From positions 1-64,000 of the forward strand of contig JAXLNO010000085.1 in NCBI GenBank assembly GCA_038087875.1: a stretch of DNA of 64,000 nucleotides. Direction: 5' to 3'. This DNA is from Malacoraja senta. Taxonomy: Eukaryota. Position 1 is the stretch's first letter. Each line of letters opens with the position of its first letter. The notes beneath the pieces were generated by a model. That model saw nothing but the letters and a program-made list of their open reading frames with translations. It was not told where the DNA came from and did no database searches. The translations under genes were made by a program, and so were the position numbers. Shown here in pieces: positions 1 through 13,157 of this stretch.

Positions 1-783
1 TCAGTTATTATAGATTGAAGCATTCTGAAACATCCAACAATCTTACTTGGATGACCTGAAATTAAAGCATATAATTAGTTAGTTACCTAATTGTAGCTAA
101 TTACAAAATTCAATTACTAGATCTAAACATCTATCCATTTCTTAAGAAAAGGTTAAACATTTTTAAATAGCCTAAGTGTCCAAATAACATTCACACAAGA
201 ATTCACAATATAACATGATTTTTAAATCTCATTGTCATGAATTTATAGGCGAAATGGAAGGAATTTAATGTTTAATTCCCGTAAATTAATGGGCATTTAA
301 ATGATCTTGCGAGTGAGATTTTGTGGAACGCGCTGGTTTGGAACGTTGCGGTTGCAGTGAATTTAAACCCCATATCGGCAGGAAAAATACTGCCGGTTCG
401 TATATTTACATAATCACATTTTCGCAACGTGAAATTTTGATTTAGGGCATCCTAAGAAGCAAGTTTATATGAAAAAATAAACGGCGTACCTTGCCTTGTC
501 CCCCACGTGAGATCCGTCCCGTTGTCGGCGTTGACGGCATTTGAAGATGATTTTAATTTTACTCCAACAATTTAATTATCCAGCGCTAATTTTAATACAC
601 TTAATAAAACGGCAGTCGAAGCGATTTTTCTTTAGCAACTAAACAGCCTGACAGAGATCGATTTGAATAGGCTGCCGAAAAATCGCATTTTAAATCCGCC
701 CCCCTCTCAAAGGCACCAAAGTCGCGCACACGGGCAGTGGCAGAACTGCAGCGCCACTGAAGGTAAGTTTTGTAACATACCTA
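1..783. repeat. Right part of a probable interspersed repeat or DNA-transposon-like element (truncated by window edge)
   Basis: CpG-rich relative to flanks, with an abrupt composition change near 783; subterminal inverted repeat CAGTGGC...GCCACTG (735-759); no ORF. Confidence 0.35.
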
Positions 784-3768
784 CTTTTCACCCAGACTTG
801 TGGACACACCGTTACCTTTCATTCCAATGTCCATTGATCAATTTCCCACTTTGCATTTTTGAAGTATTTTGTAATAAAATTTATGTTAATGTTTAAACTC
901 TTAAAGATTGGACACTCAGGATCCATCCAATGATAGAAAACAATTTCTAGACAACTCAATCTTCATCACATGTGCATGGGAGTTGCATAATCTGGCAGAC
1001 ATCTTGGAACTGAATGTTTACAGGTATAAGTGTAGTTTCTTTGTTTTTGATGCCTTGAGACCCTAAAGAGAGGAAAAGGTTTGGGAAGAACTGCATAATT
1101 AAAATAAGCAACTGCAGATGCAAGGGGCACTCTGATGTTTCGCCACATTACCTACTGCCTTAAAATTATTTCTCATCATTTTTAAATCATAAAATAATTT
1201 TTCCTTGTTTTCAGGCAGATGTGTTTTGTTTGTGATGGCTCTCCATGGAATTGACACTTGTCATTCTTGGGAGTGCTGCTTAACTCGGAAATTTCAATTC
1301 TTTACTTTCTTTGGTATCAAAGTTTCCAAGTGTCATCTTTATTACATTGTCAAAAATTAGCCCACTTCCCTTTTACCATTCCAACTATATTGGTTGCTAC
1401 ATGCTGGATTCTGTAGCCTGTACAGTGTGCTACACACTAAGCTCTCTGGGAAGCCTTTTCATGTGCAGACAACCTGTTTAATAAGTGAATGAACCACCTC
1501 AACATATGCTTTGTGAAATATGTGTTCTCGCACATGCAAGTATAAAGCATCATTAAACTAGAGAACATAGACACATATCACACAATACACAGTTGACGCT
1601 GTGTCACTTTTGCAATTGAGCAATCTGTTAATATTTGAACAATATATTATTGTTGTAATATTTTGGGCATTAGTGTTGTTGGAAAAGCTGCCATTTATTT
1701 TCCTTCCCTAGATACCCTGGGAATTTGGTTGTTGGCATCCTCCTTGAAATAGTTTAGTCAAAAAGAATATGTAAGGTTTGAGAAGCTAAAATTAGACAAA
1801 GCCCTCCAGGAATATAAAAGCAGGAAAGAACTTAAACGAGGATTTACGAGGGCTAAGAGGGGCCGAGAAATGTCCTTGGCAAGTAGGATTAATAGAATCA
1901 CGTCATTTTAAAAATAAGTGAACAGCTAGGAAAAGGATAAGTCCACTCAAAGACAAAGGTGACAATCTGTGCCTTGAGCTATAATTCCAAATGCATCTAT
2001 CATGTCTCCCCTCAACCTCCGATGCTCCAGAAAACAATCTATGTTTGTCCAACTTCTCTTCATAGCTAATACCCTCTATCCAGGCAGCATTCAGGTAAAC
2101 ATCTGCTACTCCCACTTCACATCCTTCCTGTAATTGGGCAACCAGAACTGCACACAAATGTGGCTTAACCAAACTTTTATAAAGTTGATAGACACAAAAT
2201 GCTGGAGTAACTCAGCGGGTCAGACAGCATCTCTGGAGAAAAGGCGAAGGTTATGTTTTGGGTCGAGTCCCATCAGGACACCCTGACTCTTAAACTCAAT
2301 ATTTTGACTGATGAAAGCAGTCATACCATATGCATTATTTACAAGTCTATCTTCATAAATTCAGGGAGCTATGAGCTTGGACTCCAAAATACCGCCATTT
2401 ATCAATAATGTTAAGGGTCTTGCCATGAACTATATATTTTCCCCTTGCATTCAACCTCCCAATTGCAGTATCTCACCCTTGCTCGGAATAAATTTTACCT
2501 GGGATTTTTCATGTCATAACTTCTATATGTTTTCAAAGCAGTGCTCTCTACTGCTGCTTTCTGTATTTGTTCATTGAAAGCTTTATTTAGCAAAGATCTT
2601 TCTCCACAATTTTATTATTGCAATCGATGCTTTCTTAGAATGGATGCTCAGAATAGCAAATATATTCAACCTTACTTTAGCAGTGAAGAATTTAGGGAGA
2701 AAGACTATTTTCAGCCAAAGTTTCAGAAGAAAGATTTGCATTTGATCCAGACTTCACTTTCAAACATAAACAGCACACTTGGCAAAAGGTCAAATGGAGA
2801 ACATGGATAGGGAATGTTTTGGATCAAGACCCTTCTCAGCTATCCATGTTCTCCAGAGATGCTGCCTGACCTACTGAGTTACTCCAGCACTTTGTGCCCT
2901 TTCGTGTAACAATAGGTCAAATGTCCTGACTTTGCACCTACACTTCATGAAGGAGATCATGGACTTGTACAACCTCCTTTAATATTGGTCTGCTTGCCTC
3001 CTCCCATCTTTTAACCAAATAATAATGATCACTGGATCCTCTTATTACTCTATTATTGGTTACCATTCTATTAACCTGACGATATTTGCTGCCCGACTTG
3101 TGGATATGCGAGACATTGAGTCTGTTAAGACTGTGGCCACTTTGGTCTTTGCCCTTAACATTTTTAGGCTCATTTTAACTTTTTTTACTTCCTATGTTAA
3201 AATAATAACATTAACTTATGTTCATTGCATTTACCTTGGTCTTCCTCTCTGGGTCTAATCTATCAGTGATTTGGACGTTCTGATTGTGGTGGCTTCAGAT
3301 GTGTGGTAGATGTTATTATTTTCATTTTCACACAGGTTTCAGATTTCTGAGAGTGAGGAATATGTTAAATAATGGTAAATAATGCAGTAATTGAATTGTA
3401 ATTTATGACTACATTCACATACTAAATTTTGTGGCCCTTCAGAGGTAATGCATTTTCAGTTGTACGTGATGATTCAACGTTAAGGTTTCCCTTGGAAGAG
3501 AAAAAATATGTAATTGATTCTACTTATTCTAAATTGATATTATCCTGTGTGGAAAAATAACATGCTCTTTTAATTTAAATTCATGAGATAAGAGTCGAGA
3601 GTGTTTTATTGTGAAATATCCCAAAACAGAACAATGAAATTCTTTCTTGCAGGACAACAGATGTGTTAACATCGTTTTTTTATAGTGATCCATCTGCAGA
3701 AAAACTGCAGATTTAAAAAATGGTGCAAGAGCTGCAATGAGTTGCATTGGAAGATTGGGAATTCATCC

Positions 3769-4335
3769 CTAGCATAAGAGAGGTTTGTTCAAGTCTGAAA
3801 ATATCAAGAAAGCACTTGTTCTTGAATCTGAGGCATGTGTTGTCAAACTTTTGTATCTTCTGCCTGACGGGGGAAGGGAGAAGAGACAATGAACGAAGTG
3901 TGTGTGATCCTTGAGTATGTTGGCTGTTTTTCCGAGGCAGCCTGACGTATTGATATAATCAATAGGGGGAAGGCTGCTTTGTGTGACGGACTGGACAGGG
4001 TCCAGAACCCTCTGCAATTTCTTACGGTCTTCCCATAGCAAGCTGTGACTGTGTCTGGATGAGATGCTTTCTATGGTGCAGTTGTAAAAATTGGAAAGAG
4101 TCATTGGAGATAGGCTGAATTTTGTTAGTCTTCTGGGGAGATAGAGTGCAGATGTGCTTTCTTGGCCGCAGCATCCATGTGGTTGGACTAGGACACATTG
4201 TTGGTGATATTTACACCCAAGAACTTGAGGCTCTCGGCCATCACCACATCAGCACTAATGATACCGACAGGGATATTTACTCCACCCTGCTTCCTGAATG
4301 CTGACCAGCTCCCTCATTTTGCTAACATTGAGCGA
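3769..4335 (-). mobile_element. Degraded Rex1/Babar-type LINE 3' fragment
   Basis: LSNFYNCTIES...LQRV...LFSLPPSGRRYKSL motifs typical of the Rex1 RT C-terminus. Confidence 0.75.
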
Positions 4336-5032
4336 GAAGTAGATCATTGAAGTGAATTACTTCACATTTCAAATTGGCAGTCTTAGTTGATAAAGACTTG
4401 GCTTGTGATGCATTCTGGATGGGAGCACTAGACAAATGTAGGCATGGATCTCTTTATCACTGTCATATCTCCAATGATAACAATATTTTTCTGATGCTCG
4501 CTACTTATTCTGCAGTACTTGTGAAGTCAATCTTTTGGCTGAGGAAGTTTATGAGCTTAATCTTCAATCAGCTGATTCTTGCTGCTCACCTGTCAGCAAG
4601 CACATTCTCCTGTTTGTACATACTCTGTAATTCATCTTCATCAGATTGACCGGATCATTTCCTTGGAGTCTTGACCCTCTGAAGCTGACTGTGCTTGAAC
4701 TGTTCCAGCTCGACTGCTGGATCACTGACAATTTGGAATTTAGTCTCTTTCCATGCAAGGATCAAAGGAAGAGTAAAGTGAAACTGCGACACTCTTGAAA
4801 ATGAGCTTCCATCAGCAATGTTTTGTTTGAAGTTGTACATTGCAAGGAGCCTTCTTGTGCATCTTCCCTTTATCTGTGCCATGATGGATTGAGTGCGTGA
4901 ATGAGGCAGTGAGGAGGGAGAAATAACTAGGAGGGACTGGCTTTTTGTTTTGAAGAGAACATAGGTTCCACCCTATGTTCTCAGGTACCAGAATATCTAT
5001 TGTGCCCTGTTCCAATAAGAAGATTGTGCAAA

Positions 5033-5283
5033 GTGGCACAATGGTAGAGTTGCTGCCTTGCTGCGCCAGACCCGGATTTGACCCTGAATATGGGTGATGT
5101 CTGTGTGGGGTTGTACGTTCTCCCTGCGACCACGTGGGTTTTCCCCGGGTGCTCCGGTTTCATCCAACACTACAAGACATACAGATTTGTAGGTTAATTG
5201 GCTTCAGTTGATTGTGTATTGGATAGTGCTAGTGTATGGGGTGATTAGTGGTCGGCGTGGCATTGGTGGGGCTTGTATCTCTT
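5033..5283 (+). mobile_element. tRNA-derived V-SINE/HE1-like SINE
   Basis: tggcacaatggtagagttgctgcc head, gtttgtacgttctccc/tttgtaggttaattggc core. Confidence 0.75.
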
Positions 5284-6924
5284 AAGTAAAATAAAAGTAT
5301 GTCATCTTATCCTGTAAACAGAGATGTTGTTGAAGGTGGATTGGGTAGCAGAGTGCTTCCAGATAAATTAATGCCTTGAAAGATTTCATCCTCTGTGAAT
5401 ATTTTTGAGAGTTACAGGAAGGTTGTGGTGTATGGTTTGATATGACAACAAGAATGTGTATGTTGCCTTGCCCATCTCTCCTTGCCACCAACATCACCAC
5501 TGTGTGAACATACATGTGAAGTACTTCAGAGGGAACTATCATAGTCTAAGGGCTTCAGCACAAACTTCCAGTTATAATGTTTAGAAAAGCTTCTGAGTGT
5601 ATATCCTTTCACACAAAGTTCCTGGAGGCAGGCTTAAATCAATGTATTAAGATAACCCGAATACCCAATTTAACTGATCCAAGGGAACTGCAGAGTTAAA
5701 TGTCTGAAATTTAAGCAAATTCAAAACATCTCAGTTTAGATCCTGCCACTTTACTTCAGTGAATGGAAAGTAAGGTCCCCTACTGTGATGTTAGTTCAAT
5801 AGTCGAAAATGGACAATAGATTATCTTAGAAACTATGACAATTTTAATATGGTTCCTAGTTGGCACTTACTTGGAGCACAAAACATGTTAATTCAATGTG
5901 ACCTTGAATGCTCATCACAGCATGGCTTGTGTGGTAAATGTGAAATAAGTGGCAGGATGATGAGGATGATGTGTTAAAGTTCCTCATCTGACATTGGGAT
6001 TGAGTCATGCTGCTGAAGAGTGTGCAGAGATTTTTATCTAACTTTTTATCTAGCCGTGTTATACACATGGCGGTGTTTAATGTTGGTAGCAGGTAACTAT
6101 AATGGGAAGGGCTACATTCCAGCACAAACATCCCAGCACAAACATGTCTCAAATTTGAACAACAAACAGACCTGAAGGTGTATGGCTACTACTATAGAAA
6201 GATTGTTTAATTCCATGAATGGACTAATGGAAGGTCTTTTACAACTTTCAGTTCGGTTTTGTAAATTTGGGAATGGTTTCCTCCTGGACTCAACTGGACT
6301 GTCCAGTTTGAAAAAATACTCTGCAAAATATAAATTCATTCTGTTCCCATTCCTACACAGAATTACTTGTTAAGTTGAAAATAATAGATGCTAGAAGTTT
6401 GTTTTTTAATTCAGCATAAAGGTTCTGCGATTTATAACTGTTGATTAGTTAAAATAGTGTTAACTCCAATAACTAAGATAAAATTGCGGAATTAACTTTG
6501 TGTCCAATCGATTTGTCTGAAGGCTATTATTGAGCCAGACTATCTTTAAAAAACATTGAATTATTTTTTTCTCTGTCCTATTTATTAGTAACTGCCCACA
6601 TAGAAATAGATTACAAAAACATTTTGTCTTTTAAGTGTACATTTCCAACCACCAAAATTCTTGACCACCATTTCAAGTGGTGGTTGTTACATTCAAACCC
6701 TATGGCAATTATATTTTTCTCTTCAAACACAATGTCACAGAGATAAATTACTTTTTTTAGGTGATGACGGATGGTTAAGAAGGATGGCATGTCCTGTTCC
6801 TTTCTCCTGAGGCAATATTCAAGAGCAATGACCCAAATGTTGCGACTCAATTGAAAACGTGATGCACCAGTTTTTAAAAAAGTTTTTGGGTCTACAGAAT
6901 AATCCAACAGGGTATACTTAGGCT

Positions 6925-8700
6925 TAGGTTTAATATTGTCACATGTAGTGAATATAGTGAAAAGCTTTGTTTTGCATGATATCCAATCAGATCAGATAAT
7001 ACCATACATAAATACAATCTAGTCAAACTCAAGGACAATAGATAGAGCAAAGGGGAAGCTACAGAGTGCAGAATATAGTTCTCAGCATTGTAATGCATCA
7101 ATTCCGTAGACAAGGTCCAATGTCTGCAATGATGTAGAGGTGAATTGGACACAACCCTAGCTTATAGAAGGACCGTTGAGAAACCTCATAACAGAGGGGA
7201 AGAAGCTATTCCCGAGTCCCGTGATATTCACTTTCAAACCTACCATTTTTGTCAGATGGGAGTAGGGAGAAGAAGGAATGACTGGTGTGGGATGAGTCTT
7301 CCATTACATTGTCCTAGGCAGTGTGAGGTGTAGTTGGAGTCAATGGTGGAAGTCTGGTCTGTGTGATGGAAGGGACTACATCTACAGCACTGCAATTTCT
7401 TGCAATATTGGACAGAGATGTTCCCTAACTAAGCTGTGAAGCAACCTGACAGTATGCTTTGCATGGTGAATCTGTAGAAGTTTGTAAGAGTCATTGGAGT
7501 CATGCCAAATTTCCTCAGTATCCAAAGAAAGTGGAGGCACTGGTGGGCCACTTTGGCTGTTGCCTCAATGCAGTTGGTCCACGACAGATCGTTGGTAACA
7601 TTAATGCCAAGGAACATAGAGCTCTCAGCCAATTCCATTTTGATGTCCTTGCCATAAAAAAAGTGGTGAAGATTCCAGGAATGGCAGGTATGCTGCCTCT
7701 GGAATGTCAGAGGTTGAGGGGACACTTGGTAGAAGTACATAGAATTATGAGAGGTATAGATAGGGTAGACAGAAGCTTTTTCCTGGAGTTGAAATGTCCA
7801 ACACCAGAGGTCATGGATATAAGGTGAAAGGGATAAAGTTTATTGGAGATGTGTGGGGTAAGTTTTTGTACACAGAGAAAGGTAGGGCCCTGGAATGCAT
7901 TACCAGGATGGTGGTGGGGGCAGACCCAATAATGGTGTTTAAGAGGCATTTAGGTAGGTGCAGAGAATAGAGAGATATGGATCATGTTCAGGCCGATAAG
8001 ATCAGTTTAACTTGGTATCATGTTCGGCACAAACATTGTGGGCTGAAGGGCCCATTCCTATGCTGTACTGTTCTGTGTTCTATGCTGTATGAGGAGAGCT
8101 TGAATACATTTGGCTGAATTCTCTAGAGGTAGATAATAGCTCAGGACTGCTCTCTAGTCCACTGACAGGGCAATTGCTAACAAGCTTAAAGATGGTGTTG
8201 GAGCAGTGTCTGGTTACACAGTCATGGTTATAGAGAGAGTAAAGTTGCGGACTGAACAAAGCCTTGACATACGCTTCTGCTGATGGTCAGCAAGGATGAG
8301 GTATTGTTGCCAATTCATAATGATTGAGGTCTGCCAATGAGAAAGTCGAGGATCCAGTTGCACAGGGAGGAGCAGTGACCCAGTTCGATGAGTTTGGAAG
8401 GGATGATGGTGTTGAACACCAAGCTATCGTCAAAGACAACAGCCTGACCTACATGCTCCTGTTGTTTAAGTGATCCAGCACATAGTGGAAAGCCAGCAAG
8501 ATTGCATCCATTGTCAATCTGTTGCGGTGGTATGCAAATTTGAAGTGGGTCCAGATCGCCATTGAGGTAGGAGCTGATTTACATCATAACCAACATCATA
8601 AGAACCACCATCACATAAACACCACCAATTGCTGAGGCATGACACCACGCTCTTCTTCGACACTAGTGTTATAGATGTCCTTTTAAAGCAGGCTGGAGCT
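6925..8700 (-). mobile_element. Degraded Rex1/Babar LINE interrupted by a + strand CR1 3' fragment (about 7680-8085)
   Basis: FLGINVTNDLSW, NFYRFTMQSILSGC and PACFKRTSITLVSKKS motifs on -; the CR1 piece ends in a ctgtactgttctgtgttct tail. Confidence 0.7.
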
Positions 8701-10371
8701 TTAATATATTGTAGCAATCACAGGTGTTAGTTGGAAGTTAACAGCCTTCAATAAGGAGTGTTTTGTTGGTACCTCTACTTCTGTTTGTTACCTTAGTAAA
8801 ATGCAGAAGTAAAGAACTCTGTAACACCACATGTGCTAACTTTAAAGACATGTGCACATACATATCCAGTTCTCTTTGGATCCACAGCCCTTTTGGATTT
8901 GAATTACACGGTTGTTCCTTGTTCTCTCTATCAACATGTATCAACTTGTTCTTGTAAACTACTTTTAGAGAGTAAAACCTCCCAAGACACTTTATAGGAG
9001 AGTTGTCAAACAAATCTTTACCCCAGACCACATGGTGATTTATTAGGACAAGTGATTAAGCTTTTAATCACTTTTAAAGTCACTTTTTAAATCACAGCTT
9101 TTCACAAGAAGCTGTTAAGGTGAATCATAAATAGCTCCAAATGCTAAAAATCTGAGACAAAAATGAAAACTAGCGGAAGCACTCAGCAGATCAGATGGCA
9201 TCTCACGTTTCCATCATTCAACGTATGTTTTCTTGATATTTTAAACCAATTATTTTCCTTTACCTACACCTACAGAAATATATCTACCATAATTTCTCAG
9301 CAGGTAGCATGTCATTCTTTCCTGACACTCCTGATCGCCACTCTGTCGCAGACGTTCTATTTTTTTCACTCAGTCCCTCCTCCATTTTTCTGCAAATTAA
9401 AAGATATTTCATTTCTAGTTCTTTTCAGATCAAAGACAATCTGGCAGGTTATTTGACTGCATTAAAATGCCCCTACTATGGAGATGAGTGGTAGAAGTGT
9501 CAGGATGGTGTTGATGGACATGTGACGAAAAATATGCATCAGGAAAATAAATGGGAAAGGAAATAGATGAGTTTGCTCAGAAAACCAGCAAAGACTCAAT
9601 ATGCCAAATGGTCCCCTTTGTTGTAAAGGAAAAGCACAATGCAACTATCTCACCACTTCTACTTGCCGACCATACTGATGTTATCTGTAAGCAGGTTTTT
9701 TAGACTCTGAATAGTATGAAATGTATTCTCAATGGGACCAAAAACTACAGTGTTGCCAATTTGAAACAAAAACAAAAATGGTGGAAAACTCAACAGGCCA
9801 TACAACAATTGTGGAAATAAATCTATCATTGTTTTGGGTCTATGACCCTTCCAAAATCCAGCTCTGAAACTGTATAGATGACAAATCAGTATAATTCTGG
9901 TTTGACCATTTATATATATTTTTTTCTTTCTGGAATGTTTATTTTGTCATGGCAATTAATTTTTGTACTGTGACCAAATGAATTCTGCCTCTGTTAACAG
10001 CAGGGGCATGGTAAAGTTCAGGATGCTAGTTAATAGGGGATTGGGGTTGCATTTACTGGTTATGCAAGAGAAGACACAGAATGCTGGAGTAGTTCAGTGG
10101 GTCAGGCAGCATTTCATCATTTTGCTCGTTTGCAAAATCTCATCAATTTAATGGAGATGCTGCCTGGCCTGCTGAGCTACTCCAGCACTTTGTGTCTTCT
10201 ACTGGTTGTTCAATCTGTTTATTTCACATTCTCCCCACCTAGACCGTCCATCTAGATTGCCTCCTATCACCTATCTTCTCTCCCTTGCACTGCACATGCT
10301 TACGGATAATCACATAATTATGGATTGCGCTGCACATTCATAGATATACAATATGCAAGTGACTACGACAA

Positions 10372-11815
10372 TTTTTTAATTTTTTTTATTTATTAGAAGC
10401 AAATGTACAAGAGTAGAACCAACGGCATATAAAATTATAGTTATTGTACAGCTTCAATTTGAACTTTTTAGCTTTGAGTTAGAAGAAAAGAAAAGAGGAA
10501 GAGCAAGAAAGAGAAAAAGTGAGATGTGCAAAGATAGGACCTCTAGACTACCAAAGTAGTGTAGCCAAAGAGTGAATAAAAAAAAGAAAGAAGAGAGGAA
10601 TAGAAAAAATAAAATTGACAAAAAGAAAAAGAGAAAGAAAAGTGGTGGTATACCTGCCTCTCATCCCTCCCCACCCACCTCACCCAACCCATAGTTAGAT
10701 TTAAATTCAAAGTTGTGTTGCGCCTTACTATCCTTGTAAGAAATCAGTAAAGGGTGTCCATGTCTTGGGAAAATGATCTGGTTTTTCTGCCAGGACAAGT
10801 CTAATGTTTTCAAGATGTAGTGTCTCGGATATGTTTATAATCCACATCTTAAGAGTAGGGACTGATGTATGTTTCCAAAATTTAAATATTAGTTTTTTCG
10901 CCGTTATCAGGCGATAATTAAGGAAACGTCTTTGAAATAGTGATAGCTCAGAACAGGCTTCTGAAGTACCTAGAGTGATCAGTTCTGTCGGGATCCAATT
11001 ATATTTTTAGTATTTTCGGAAACATTTCAAAAATTCCTCTCCAGAAATTATGTAACTTTATACACGAGGCAAATGAATGGGTTATAGTTGCTTCCTGGAG
11101 ACATTTATCACAAATAGGAGATACATTTGGAAAGATCTTATTCAGTTTAGACTTTGAATAATAGAGTCTGTGCAGTATTTTAAATTGAATTAACGAATGC
11201 CTAACGTTAAGAGAACAGTTGTGTATATATAGAAGACTTTCCTCCCATCTGTCTTTTAAAATCTTTAGGCCAAGCTCATCTTCCCAAGCTCTTCTAATTA
11301 CTTCTGACGATGGGGTTTGTATATTTAAAAGAGTATTATACAGATATGATATTAACTTATTTGAATCTGAGTTTCTATTCATACATTCGTCTAGTGTATC
11401 TGGCAACAAAGATTGATAATCTTGGATATATGATTTCAGATAGTCTCGTATTTGAAGGTATCTAAAATATTGGCTACCTTTCAGATGATATTTCGACTGT
11501 AATTCTTGAAATGAGAGAAGAGTTCCCATCTCATAAAGATCTCCCAGTTTTTTAATTCCTAATCTTTCCCAATGTATGAACGTTTTGTCTAAAATAGACG
11601 GCTTGAACGAAGGGTTGTTGGCAATTGGTGAGAGAAGAGATAAATTTCTCAGTTTAAGGGTTGACTTCACTTGTTTCCAGATTCATAGGGTACTGTGGAT
11701 AATCGGATTTTTCTCATATAGTGTTTTCTTCAAATTTATTGGAGAGAAGAATCGTGCCTATATTAAAAGGCGAACAATCCTCTCTCTCCATTATTAACCA
11801 TTTTACCTGTTGGCA
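10372..11815 (-). mobile_element. L1/Tx1-clade LINE, 5'-truncated ORF2 C-terminus plus 3' UTR and A-tail
   Basis: ORF 10999-11670 with FRYLQIRDY, IQFKILHRLY and a CDKC..TITHSFASC zinc knuckle; T-rich UTR and AATAAA/A-tail at 10372-10395 on -. Confidence 0.85.
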
Positions 11816-12109
11816 TGTTGGCAAATTTTGATAATGATTACTTCAGAATAGTTCTGACAGTAAAGGTTAAATTTAGCATACCAATGATCAGATCTATGTT
11901 AATTCATTTGATACCAGTGTTTTTTTTAATCATATGCTGTGCACATGTGCTTGAGTTGTCTGATTAGGTGTTTAATCTCAATATGTGATTTTCCTTGATG
12001 TAAAGTTTCTACTGATTTGCTTGCAAAGCTGTCTTAAATGCTGTTGGTGCAGCAGACTTGCCCAGAGTGAAAGTGTTATGCCTGTTGCCAAATATCCTCT
12101 CATGTTTGA

Positions 12110-12421
12110 CGGCACAGTGGCACAGCTGGTAGAGCTGCTGCTTCACAGCCCCAGGATCCCTGGTTCGATCCTGACCTTGGGTGCTGTCTGTGTAGAGTTT
12201 GCAAGTCTCCCTGTAACCGTGTGGGTTCCCTCCGGATGTTCACGTTTTCTCCCACGTTCTCAAAGATGTGCAGGTTTGTAGATTGATTGACTTCTGTAAA
12301 ATTGCCCCAACTCTGTAGAGAGTGGGTGAAAAAGTCGGGCAACCTAGAATTAGAGTGAATGGGTGACCGATGGTCGGTGTGGTCTTGGTTAAGCTGTTTC
12401 CATGCTATGTCTCTAAACTAA
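12110..12421 (+). mobile_element. tRNA-derived V-SINE/HE1-like SINE ending about 50 bp upstream of exon 2
   Basis: ggcacagtggcacagctggtagag (A box), ggttcgatcc (B box), CR1-derived tail ...tctctaaactaaa. Confidence 0.85.
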
Positions 12422-12473
12422 AAAAAACGGAATTTGTTGTTAAACTGACATTCATGTTTTCTTTTGTTCCCAG

Positions 12474-12545
12474 GAGGTTTACTCATCTACCACTGAGAAA
12501 GATCCAAAGACATTCTTTTGAAGGACTTAGCGATATTATAAGAAT
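12474..12545 (+). CDS. lhcgr: LH/choriogonadotropin receptor, exon 2 (LRR), 72 bp
   Basis: ttttgttcccag|G...AT|gtaag; encodes RFTHLPLRKIQRHSFEGLSDIIRI, matching the LHCGR exon 2 LRR in size and phase (2-2). Confidence 0.9.
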
Positions 12546-13157
12546 GTAAGTTTGGTAAAAGTTTAATTCTAAATTTGAATATTGCATTATATATTAAATA
12601 TTAAAACTACATGCATTTATAGAAATGCTTAAACTTTAGGGAGTTTAAGGAATTACATTTTCTTGGTTGCATTTCTACCTCTCCAGTGACTTCTTATTGA
12701 ACATTTTCGTTGTTTATTATGTTAGCTGTTGAGTATTGTGTTAACAATCTGTACTGCTGTTGCAAGTAAGAATTTCATTATTTTGTTTCAGGACATATGA
12801 CAATAAAACATCAATGATTTTACTTATTTTACTACCCCTGGCAGTTATACCTGATGTAATCAATTGTTTCATTCTATTCTTGAAATCATCTCAATGCTTT
12901 CAGGATGGCTTCTACTTGTACCTACTCAGTGCCTCTACATCTTAATTGCCTCTTTTAATCTCTGTGCTTGTCAGAAATCTGGATGCGCTGCAATTGGCGG
13001 CAGATGAACTGCTGGAAGACTGAATCAAAGATATTATTACCTCTGATTATGCTATCCTCCTCAGCATCTCATCACTGTGCATAACATCATTCATAAATAA
13101 TATCTTAATATCTCATTATCACTCCTATCTCAGCTTCAAACCCCATATTCTCTCCAT

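Noticed and set aside
1215..1370. Possible exon 1 (acceptor-like site, Cys-containing frame)
   Set aside because: No signal peptide with the N-terminal cysteine-box pattern and no suitable phase-2 donor
4374..4900. Cluster of short overlapping ORFs in non-repeat sequence
   Set aside because: No recognisable domain, interrupted by stops, no consistent splice pattern
6007..6092. ATG-initiated frame ending at a phase-2 GT donor (MLLKSVQRF...)
   Set aside because: No hydrophobic signal peptide or cysteine cluster; likely chance
10480..10640. Purine-rich low-complexity tract as a regulatory element
   Set aside because: It is the T-rich 3' UTR of the - strand L1-type element
12110..12180. tRNA genes at the SINE heads
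   Set aside because: A and B boxes are present but there is no complete cloverleaf; each continues into SINE core and LINE-derived tail
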